Shown piece by piece: positions 1 through 9,317 of a stretch of 64,000 bases of DNA. The notes beneath the pieces were generated by a model. It saw only the letters and a list, made by a program, of their open reading frames with translations. It had not been told where the DNA came from and searched no databases. The stretch lies in assembly GCF_030028105.1 (NCBI RefSeq), contig NC_092374.1:178646057-178710056 (forward strand), in the 5' to 3' direction. The stretch's first letter is position 1. Each line of letters starts with the position of its first letter. The position numbers were made by a program, and so were the translations under genes. Source of the stretch: Mobula birostris. Taxonomy: Eukaryota.

Positions 1-752
1 AGGTGAATGTTGTCCCCTTGTTCAGAAAAGGTAGTAGGGATAGTCCGGGTAATTATAGACCAGTGAGCCTTATGTTTGTGGTGGGAAAGCTTCTTAGAGA
101 TAGGATCTCTGGGCATTTAGAGAATCATAGTCTGATCAGGGACAGTCAGCATGGCTTTGTGAAGGGTAGATCGTGTCTAACAAGCCTGATAGAGTTCTTT
201 GAGGAGGTGACCAGGCATATAGATGAGGGTAGTGCAGTGGATGTGATCTATGTGGATTTTTGTAAGGCATTTGACAAGGTTCCACATGGTAGGCTTATTC
301 AGAAAGTCAGAAGGCATGGGATCCAGGGGAGTTTGGCCAGGTGGATTCAGAATTGGCTTGCCTGCGGAAGGCAGAGGGTCATGGTGGAGGGAGTACATTC
401 AGATTGGAGGATTGTGATTTGTGGTATCCCACAAGGATCGGTTCTGGGACCTCTACTTTTCATGATTTTTATTAACGACCTGGATATGGAAGTAGAAGGG
501 TGGGTTGGCAAGTTTGCAGATGACACTAAGGTTGGTGGTGTTGTAGATAGTGTAGAGGATTGTCAAAGATTGCAGAGAGACATTGATAGGATGCAGAAGT
601 GGGCTGAGAAGTGGCTGATGGAGTTCAACCCAGAGAAGTGTGAGGTTGTACACTTTGGGAGGACAAACTCCAAGGCAAAGTACAAAGTAAATGACAGGAT
701 ACTTGGTAGTGTGGAGGAGCAGAGGGATCTGGGGGTACATGTACACAGATCC
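1..752 (+). mobile_element. CR1 LINE copy A, RT region, left part (split by CR1 copy B)
   Basis: ORF 3..902 has NYRPVSL, QHGF..GRSCLT, PQGSVLGPLLF and FADD RT motifs; the RT sequence resumes at 3578. Confidence 0.95.
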
Positions 753-3573
753 ATAGAAACCATAGAAACTACAGCACAGAAACAGGCCTTTTGGCCCTTC
801 TTGGCTGCGCCAATCCATTTTCTGCCTAGTCCCACTGACCTGCACACGGACCATATCCCTCCATACACCTCCCATCCATGTATCTGTCCAATTTATTCTT
901 AAATGTTAAAAAAGAACCCGCATTTACCACCTCGTCTGGCAGCTCATTCCATACTCCCACCACTAGTGAAGAAGCCCCCACTAATGTTCCCTTTAAACTT
1001 TCCCCCCCCCTCACCCTTAACCCATGTCCTCTGGTTTTTTTCTCCCCTTGCCTCAGTGGAAAAAGCCTGCTTGCATTTACTCTATCTATACCCATTATAA
1101 TTTTATATACCTCTATCAAATCTCCCCTCATTCTTCTACGCTCCAGGGAATAAAGTCCTAACCTATTCAACCTTTCTCTGTAACTGAGTTTCTCAAGTAC
1201 CGGCAACATCCTTGTAAACCTTCTCTGCAATCTTTCAACCTTCTTTATATCCTTCCTGTAATTTGGTGACCAAAACTGAACACAATACTCCAGATTCGGC
1301 CTCACCAATGCCTTATACAACCTCATAATAACATTCCAGCTCTTATACTCAATACTTTGATTAATAAAGGCCAATGTACCAAAAGCTCTCTTTAAGACCC
1401 TATCTCCCTGTGACGACACTTTTAGGGAATTTTGTATCTGTATTCCCAGATCCCTCTGTTCCACTGCACTCCTCAGTGCCTTACCATTAACCCTGTATGT
1501 TCTACCTTGGTTTGTCCTTCCAACGTGCAATACCTCACACTTGTCAGTATTAAACTCCATCTGCCATTTTTCAGCCCATTTTTCCAGCTGGTCCAAGTCC
1601 CTCTGCAGGCTCTGAAAACCTTCCTCACTGTCTACTACACCTCCAATCTTTGTATCATCAGCAAATTTGCTGATCCAATTTACCACAATATCATCCAGAT
1701 CATTGATATAGATGACAAATAACAATGGACCCAGCACTGATCCCTGTGGCACACCACTAGTCACAGGCCTCCACTCAGAGAAGCAGTTCTCTACCACCAC
1801 TCTCTGGCTTCTTCCATTGAGCCAATGTCTAATCCAATTTACCACCTCTCCATGTACACCTAACGACTGAATTTTCCTGACTAACCTCCCATGCGGGACC
1901 TTGTCGAAGGCCTTACTGAAGTCCATGTAGACAATATCCACTGCCTTCCCTTCATCCACTTTCCTGGTAACCTCCTCGAAAAACTCCAACAGATTGGTCA
2001 AACATGACCTACCACGCACAAAGCCATGTTGACTCTCCCTAATAAGCCCCTGTCTATGCAAATGCTTGTAGATTCTGTCTCTTAGTACGCCCTCCAATAA
2101 CTTACCTACTACTGATGTTAAACTCATCGGCCTATAATTTCCCGGATTACTTTTCGATCCTTTTTTAAACAACGGAACAACATGAGCACTCTCCAATCCT
2201 CCGGCACTTCACCCGTAGACAGCGACATTTTAAATATTTCTACCAGGGCCCCCGCAATTTCAACACTAGTCTCCTTCAAGGTCCGAGGGAACACTCTGTC
2301 AGGTCCCGGGGATTTATCCACTTTAATTTTCCTCAAGACAGCAAGCACCTCCTCCTTTTTAATCTGTACACTTTCCATGGTCTCACTACTTGATTCCCTC
2401 AATTCCATAGATTTCAATCCAGCTTCCTTAGTAAATACAGACGCAAAAAACCTATTTAAGATCTCCCCCATTTCCTTTGGTTCCGCACAAAGCCGACTAC
2501 TCTGATCTTCAAGAGGACCAATTTTATCCCTTACAATCCTTTTGCTCTTAATATACTTGTAAAAGCTCTTTGGATTATCCTTCACTTTGACTGCCAAGGC
2601 AACCTCATGTCTTCTTTTAGCCCTCCTGATTTCTTTCTTAAGTATTTTCTTGCACTTCTTATACTCCTCAAGCACCTGATTTACCCCCTGTTTCCTATAC
2701 ATTTCATACAACTCCCTCTTCTTCTTTATCAGAGTTGCAATATCCCTTGAGAACCAAGTTTCCTTATTCCTGTTCAATTTGCCTTTAATCCTGACAGGAA
2801 CATACAAACTCTGCACTCTCAAAATTTCCACTTTGAAGGCTTCACACCTACCAATCACATCTTTGCCAGAGAACAACCTGTCCCAATCCACGCTTTTTAG
2901 ATCCTTTCTCATTTCTCCAAATTTGGCCTTCTTCCAGTTCAGAACCTCAACCCTAGGACCAGATCTATCCTTGTCCATGATCAAATTGAAACTAATGGTG
3001 TTATGATCACTGGAACCAAAGTGCTCCCCTACACAGACTTCCGTCACTTGCCCTAATTCGTTACCTAACAGGAGATCCAATATTGCATCCCCTCTAGTTG
3101 GTCCCTCTATATATTGATTTCGAAAACTTTCCTGAACACATTTTACAAACTCTAAACCATCCAGACCCCTAACAGTATGGGAGTCCCAATCAATGTATGG
3201 AAAATTAAAATCTCCTACCACCACAACTTTATGCTTCCTGCAGTTGCCTGCTATCTCTCTGCAGATTTGCTCTTCCAAGTCTCGTTGACTATTGGGTGGT
3301 CTGTAATACAATCCCACTAATGTGGCCATACCTTTCCTGTTTCTCAGCTCCACCCATAAGGACTCAGTAGACAGGCCCCCTAATCTGTCCTGCCTGAGCA
3401 CTGCTGTAATATTTTCCCTAACAAGCAATGCTACTCCCCCACCTTTCATTCCTCTGCCTTGATCACATCTGAAACATCAGAACCCTGGAATATTAAGCTG
3501 CCAGTCCTGCCCCTCCTGTAGCCAAGTTTCACTAATTGCTACAACATCATAATTTTCACTAATTGTTTCACTA
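753..3573 (-). mobile_element. CR1 LINE copy B, 5'-truncated, ORF2 (APE C-terminal part + RT) with one frameshift
   Basis: ORFs 2124..3449 (GDFN, SDH endonuclease motifs) and 826..2196 (RT, FADD); (TTCTATGG)-type tail at 753-769; ATCC duplicated at 749-752 and 3574-3577. Confidence 0.95.
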
Positions 3574-3577
3574 ATCC

Positions 3578-4230
3578 CTGAAAGTTGCCTCACAGGTGAA
3601 TAGGGTAGTTAAAAAAGCTTATGGGGTGTTAGCTTTCATAAATCGAGGGATAGAGTTTAAGAGTCGCGATGTAATGATGCAGCTCTATAAAACTCTGGTT
3701 AGGCCACACTTGGAGTACTGTGTCCAGTTCTGGTTGCCTCACTATAGGAAGGATGTGGAAGCATTGGAAAGGGTACAGAAGAGATTTACCAGGATGCTGC
3801 CTGGTTTAGAGAGTATGCATTATGATCAGAGATTAAGGGAGCTAGGGCTTTACTCTTTGGAGAGAAGGAGGATGAGAGGAGACATGATAGAGGTGTACAA
3901 GATAATAAGAGGAATAGATAGAGTGGATAGCCAGCGCCTCTTCCCCAGGGCACCGCTGCTCAATACAAGAGGACATGGCTTTAAGGTAAGGGGTGGGAAG
4001 TTCAAGGGTGATATTAGAGGAGGGTTTTTTACTCAGAGAGTGGTTAGTGTGTGGAATGCACTGCCTGAGTCAGTGGTGGAGGCAGATACACTAGTGAAGT
4101 TTAAGAGACTACCAGACAGGTATATGGAGGAATTGAAGATAGGGGCTTATATGGGAGGCAGGGTTTGAGGGTCGGCACAACATTGTGGGCCGAAGAGCCT
4201 GTACTGTGCTGTACTATTCTATGTTCTATG
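3578..4230 (+). mobile_element. CR1 LINE copy A, 3' part with 3' UTR and (TTCTATG) tail
   Basis: ORF 3596..4168 is the CR1 ORF2 C-terminus (RPHLEYCVQFW...RGH); tail ttctatgttctatg at about 4217-4230. Confidence 0.95.
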
Positions 4231-4308
4231 GGATAAGGTCTTTTCCTTTCGATGGTCCCGTTGCACATTGTTGGGAACGTATTTTTCCAGAGACTCCAGT
4301 CTGTTCCC

Positions 4309-5707
4309 TCACTGAGTCTCTTCTAAGTTTCCCGACCCCTCTTCCTGCTGGGACACCCGGGGGCTCTCCCTCCTTGGGGCTCCCTGCCGTTCACATTCCC
4401 GCCTGAAGTGCCCCTCTTCCCCGCAGTTATAGCACACGCCTCTCCTCGCGGGACCCCGGCCTTCGCATGGCCTCAGCGCCGTGCGTCCCTTCAGGGAGGG
4501 GCCTTCTCTGCTAGTCCCCTCCCGCGGAGGGACCCCACCTGCCGCGACCCCCTTTTGTATCTCCCGCGTAGAGCTGGCCCCGGCCATTTCACCACAAGGA
4601 GCTGCTACCGAGGTTTGTATCTTGTTAACGGATCCCAGTTCCGCTTCCAATTCGTCCTCCTCCTCCCTTACCTCTCTGAGCAACTGAACCAAAGACGGGG
4701 GTGGGAGGGGGGGTGAGTCGCGCTTTACGGGACTGCCGGAGACTCGTAGCCATCGCATCATATCTCTGCGCGCCTTTGGCTACCTGATCTGTACTTATCC
4801 GATCCACCTCATTCCCCAAATGACCCCCCGGCGCCTCAAGCAATTTAGCCTACGCTCTAGTCGGAGAAGATGCTCAGAAGGCTTTTCCCCTTTCTCCTGA
4901 AGCAAATTCTGAATTCCGCCCCCCGCAACCCCCACCGAAAAGCTCCACCGTGCTTCCCGTCAGCCCAAACGCCTCCTCTAGGGCGGCTAGACACTCCTTC
5001 CAAGAAGCCAGGGGCTGGTTCACTCGCACCCCTTCTACCACCTCAGCTGCCGCCCCTCTCAAACTGTCCCCCAATGTTTGTCGCTTCTCCTCCTCAGAAC
5101 ACTGCCACTCACCCAGCAGCTGAGAGGTATGTTCTACCCAGGACTCATAATCCTCTTCCCCGTCGGGGATGGGGGTCTTCCCTGAGAAAATTCTTAACTT
5201 CGGTCGCGGACCCATCACCCGGTTCACCAAAGAGTTAATGGCTGAGGCCAACTCAGAGCCCTCCGCCTTCCCTGGGGAATGAGAACTAATTACCTTCTCC
5301 AAATCCGACCACCCCCCTTTCTTCATCCTTCAAAAACCAATGGACCCGCTCTCTAAAATCTCCGCCTCTAGCCTCGGGAAACTTCTCTGGTGTCTCTTCA
5401 AACCCTTCCTCCGTGACAGTGTGCACGCCCACGGTCCCGCCTCACCCACCTCACCCACCTCACCAATAGACTGGGACAGTCCCAATTCCTTGACGTCAAC
5501 ACCAGTCTGTATCAGCACAAAGGCTGAGTCTCCCGTTTTACCAATCTTTCTGCTTACAATCTCAACCTTACCGATAGCTCTGACCGTAGTCAGTCATCGA
5601 ATTAACACATTGTCCGGTGTATGTATATCCACCCCACTTAATACGCAGGCATGATTAACCGGGACATCCTAGATCTCACACCAAGGTTCAATCTTATACG
5701 CATCCAT
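4309..5707 (-). pseudogene. Ty3/Gypsy gag, PNMA-like, with CCHC zinc knuckle; disrupted
   Basis: From ATG 5707: MDAYKIEPWCEI*DVPVNHACVLSGVDIHTPDNVLIR*LTTVRAIGKVEIV...GPWACTL (PNMA N-terminal-like), then KLRIFSG...EEDYESWVEH (PNMA capsid-like) and CYNCGEEGHFRREC. Internal stops and frameshifts. Confidence 0.85.
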
Positions 5708-5760
5708 CTCTTCTAATTTAACTCGGGCGATTTACACCGTATCCGACAGAATTGAAATCC

Positions 5761-5776
5761 GCGGGTCGAGCCGCCA
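5761..5776 (-). promoter_or_regulatory. Putative primer-binding site of the Gypsy element
   Basis: TGGCGGCTCGACCCG begins 3 nt after the LTR end on the minus strand, between LTR and gag. Cognate tRNA not identified. Confidence 0.6.
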
Positions 5777-5779
5777 CAA

Positions 5780-6292
5780 TGTAACGGCCTTTGCCCCAAC
5801 TGAGTCCCGTTGCCTAGGGTCAATAGGCGTCGACCCCGCCAAACAGTGCAAATGCTTTGGTGCGGATGCGGTGTGAGGCACCCAATGATCAGCCACGACA
5901 CAAATATCAAACAATATACCGAGTGCGAGGAACGAATTATACTTTATAGCAAGTTTTGGTGATGGGTTAGTAGCAACAACTAAAAGAAAAGGCGCCACAT
6001 AAGTAACTTGTCAGTCTTGTGCACATAATATTTTAATACGTTGAAGCTCACGCCTCCGATTCCATCCACAACTTCCTTCCGAGACTCCGGCCACCATCCG
6101 AACCCCCGAGGTCCGGTATCTGCCGCCCTGGAACCGCTGTCCGTTCCCCGCACGTCCGTCCTCTCTGCTCGCCTCCCGAAAAAGCCCGCGCTCCTCAACT
6201 CAGCGCACACATACAAGATAACATAACATGACTTCCATTGGCTAGCAAATGAATACAATTTCCATTTTCACTAAGCAAAACATGTGGTTACA
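5780..6292 (-). mobile_element. 5' LTR (513 bp) of the Gypsy element
   Basis: Termini TGTAAC...GTTACA (6-bp inverted repeat), followed by PBS and gag. Confidence 0.8.
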
Positions 6293-6749
6293 GAGAACCC
6301 CTGTCTCAGCAGTTAACAGTACGAGAAGCCATTTTAATATAACACTTCAGAGAAGCCATTTTGGTAATAAGCAATTAACAATTAATATTGCATCTAGTAT
6401 TGCTGAGAACCCTACGTGTGTTTCCTTTCTGCTTCTACAGAATCACCCATCTGTCCCCCTGCCTACAGAATCTCCTATTACTGGAGCCATCCTCTTAATT
6501 CCCTACCCTTCTGAGCCACAGGGCCAGACTCAGTGCCAGAGGCACAACCCCGTGTACTGTTGCAACCGGCCATCTCTGATTGTGTGTGTGTGTTTTTTTT
6601 TTTAGCTCTGATGTCTCAATCTGCAGTTATTTTTGTTCATTGACTTGCATAAGCTTTGCGTAACTGTCATTCTGTGTGTTCCCTGAATATGCCTGCTTGT
6701 AATGCTGCTTGTAATGATTTTCATTTTATCTGTATCTAACCATTCTTAT

Positions 6750-6970
6750 CGGCCGGCTGATGGCGCAGTGACATCAGCTCCGGACTCCGGAGCCATTCGA
6801 GCTTTCCATCCATGCCGGGTTGAGTGTCGAGTACGCAACTCGGCCTCGTAAAAAAACACTGCGCTGTGAGAAGGACTTGGGGGACCACTCATAGAATCTT
6901 TCCTCCAAAGACAATCACTTGAAAAAGTGGTCGCCGAGGCTCTGGCAGAGTATGGCACTGAGAGAAAAAA
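6750..6970 (+). mobile_element. Probable tRNA-derived SINE
   Basis: CpG-rich 220 bp with A-box-like TGGCGCAGTG head and A-rich end; family not assigned. Confidence 0.4.
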
Positions 6971-7011
6971 AGCATTCTTATGCATGTAACGATGAATTGG
7001 ACTGAACGTAC

Positions 7012-7391
7012 CTAAAATCTCCCTGAGCGTCCTAAATTCCCGGCTACCGAAATTAACAGAAACTGAGCAATACTGTTCTTCGTGATTTATTGCTTCTATT
7101 TCTTCTGCTTCCTTTTTCATTGTATTTTCTGTAAGCAGCCAGTGCAGACTCTCCCATAGTCTGCCATGTGTAAACATACTGACCAACCACCCCAACACCA
7201 GAGCTTTGATGAATTCGCCACTCATGTCCACTGGCAACTGCTTCCACTTCCCGCTGCATCATTTGGCATGAGCGGTGTTAACCTGGCGATTTTACAAAAC
7301 CTGCCAGAAGTCCTTGTACGTAACATGCATCAATGTTCTGCCAGTCTATTACCACATTAATCACCAAAACTTAGATCCAACTCTTGATGCA
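7012..7391 (-). pseudogene. Candidate disrupted exon 2 of gene 1, possibly Ig-like domain
   Basis: Acceptor ctttttctttctattttcaaag|TG at 7391 and donor TTAG|gtacgt at 7012; 380 nt; needs net -2 nt and two stops read through to stay phase 1-1; reads VHQELDLSFGD(N)VVID..FWQVL...YCSVSVNFG. Confidence 0.3.
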
Positions 7392-7837
7392 CTTTGAAAA
7401 TAGAAAGAAAAAGTTCTGACAATAGTCAACAGGCCAGGCAGTATCTGGAGAAAAGAGGAACTGTTAATGTCTCAAGTTAAAGACGGAAAGTTCCGATAGC
7501 ATGCAAGGACAGAGAAACAGGGCTAATGTTTAATGACCAAGATGGAAATCTTGCAACAGTTTGGGTAGCATCTGCCGAGAGACAAAGAATGAATGTTTCA
7601 GATTCAGGAGCCTGAGTCAGAACTTGGAATGAGAGAAATCAAGATAGTTTTTGTTAGCAGAGAAGTCATTCACACAGAAAGAGGCCACTCGGACCGCTAT
7701 GTGTGTGCAGACCCTAGAGGAATGGGTAGAACAGGGATATTTCTCTGGTATTGTGAAACAGACTGACGTAACGTGGCAGTTACAGGATAGTTAAACTCAG
7801 ATTAATTGCTTTAATGTGATGCCTCTGTTAAGATCGT

Positions 7838-7847
7838 GGGACTTTCC
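7838..7847 (+). promoter_or_regulatory. Canonical NF-kB site GGGACTTTCC in intron 1 of gene 1
   Basis: Exact match to the classical kB decamer, about 225 nt into intron 1. Confidence 0.55.
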
Positions 7848-8072
7848 TCTAGGAATTGGCGACAATTCCTATCCACCTGTGAAACCTATTCAAGGATCAT
7901 TTTTCCCCGAGTTTATCGACTCCAGAAATTTCACAAGAGTGAAATGAGAACACAGGAGTGCGATGAGTTCGTCCTCCCGTCTAATGGAGCAACTGCCAGG
8001 AACTCCAAAAGATTTAAAGGTGAATTTCCCGACACAACCCCCGACCATCGCCGTCACATACCCTCGCCTCAC

Positions 8073-8148
8073 CTGCCTGTTGTCCCGCGACAGAGCAGAG
8101 AGATAACGCGGTGACAAGGAGCGATACCGGTCCGCTCCAGCTCTCCAT
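8073..8148 (-). CDS. Gene 1, coding exon 1: signal peptide MESWSGPVSLLVTALSLCSVAGQQA of a secreted or type I membrane protein
   Basis: gcaATGG start context, 25 codons + 1 nt, donor CAG|GTGAGG, hydrophobic core; paralogous to 63160..63235. Confidence 0.8.
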
Positions 8149-8490
8149 TGCGACAACTCCTTACATCGACTGAACCCTGATCATTAGTCAGTGAACTGCT
8201 GAGGGTGGAGTTAGATTCACAGACGCGGCCAGTCGGTGCAGGTGTAGCCAGTAACTAAACCTCCTTCTACAGAAATGGACTGTGTGGGCAGCGGAGTGCG
8301 GGTGATCGCGGGAGGGAGCGGAGCCAAACCACTTCCAGTCGTGTTGCATCAAATTCGGCGAGTGTAAATTTCAGTAACCTCCCAATAGCCCGAGGGAAGC
8401 TGCTCAGCATAAACCTTCTCCAATCACTGGGTAAAACAAACTTCTGGAATAACTGGGCGGGCCAGGCAGCAGATGTGAAGGGAAATGAAG
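8149..8490 (-). promoter_or_regulatory. Promoter / 5' UTR of gene 1
   Basis: CpG-rich; aligns with 62620-63159, including ACTGGAAGTGGTT (ETS-type GGAA core) and CCCTCAGCAGTTCA. Confidence 0.65.
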
Positions 8491-8524
8491 GTGATGAGAC
8501 ATCTCCTCCAACAATATCCAAAAT

Positions 8525-8995
8525 AGCATCTCTAGGAAGAGGTACAGTCGACGTTTCGGGACGAGACTCTTCGTCAGGACTAACTGAAGGAAGAGCTAGA
8601 GAGAGATTTGAAAGTGGGAGGGGGAGGGGGAGATCCAAAATGACAGGTAAGACAGGAGGGGGAGGGATGGAGCCAAGAGCTGGACAGGTGATTGGCAAAG
8701 GGGATATGAGAGGATCATGGGACAGGAGGCCCAGGGAGAAGGAAGGGGGGAGGGGGGGAAAACCCAGAGGATGGGCAAGGGGTATAGTCAGAGGGACAAA
8801 GGGAGAAAAAGGAGAGTGAGAGAAAGAATGTGTGTATATTAATAAATAACGGATGGGGTACGAGGGGGAGGTGGGGCATTAGCGGAAGTTTGAGAAGTCA
8901 ATGTTCATGCCATCAGACTGGACGCTACCCAGACGGAATATAAGGTGTTGTTCCTCCAACCTGAGTGTGGCTTCATCTTTCCAGTAGAGGAGGAT
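8525..8995 (-). mobile_element. Penelope-like element 3' fragment
   Basis: Minus strand encodes EATLRLEEQHLIFRLGSVQSDGMNIDFSNFR*, as in the copies at 46.9 and 60.9 kb, followed by the same CT-rich 3' region. Confidence 0.85.
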
Positions 8996-8999
8996 AGGG

Positions 9000-9317
9000 A
9001 GGCCTTCTTTTTTAAAACGCTCGGCGCTCACCCGACTGACATCACGCGTCTGCGCAGTGGTGCCACTCTTTCCCTTGGAGTTGTTAAAACAACTATTGCT
9101 ACTGCCCTAGCTCACTTAATGAGCTACAGCCTCACCACCTTCCTTACTTCAAATAAAATACCTCTGCAGACCGTTCTCGTTTTAAAGGAACTTACCTGGC
9201 CTTACGTCACTTGGAGTGAAGCTCGTCCTCAGCCTCTGCTCATTGAAGCCTCTCGAGACAAAGCCTTCCTACTCTGTCTCCCTCTACTCCGTTGCCCGCT
9301 ACAATGTTGCCCGATCC
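9000..9317 (-). mobile_element. Probable CR1 5' UTR-like fragment, inverted relative to the adjacent CR1
   Basis: CpG-rich, with a strong internal donor CCAG|GTAAGT on the minus strand; resembles elasmobranch CR1 5' ends as I recall them, not confirmed by alignment. Confidence 0.4.

Noticed and set aside
3-902. 299-aa ORF with a novel-looking C-terminus
   Set aside because: Chimera: RT of CR1-A reading into the antisense tail of CR1-B at 753.
4309-5707. Domesticated PNMA gene
   Set aside because: Has internal stops and frameshifts and is still attached to LTR and PBS.
6746-7237. 163-aa ORF as a standalone gene
   Set aside because: Starts at TTG and its C-terminal part runs antisense through a SINE-like repeat; only the part up to the donor at 7012 is kept as a candidate exon.
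8475-8819. Gly/Arg-rich ORF upstream of gene 1
   Set aside because: Antisense reading of the CT-rich Penelope 3' region.
9190-9201. ACTTACCTGGC, like the U1 snRNA 5' end
   Set aside because: No U1 stem-loops or Sm site follow; it is the complement of a strong splice donor.
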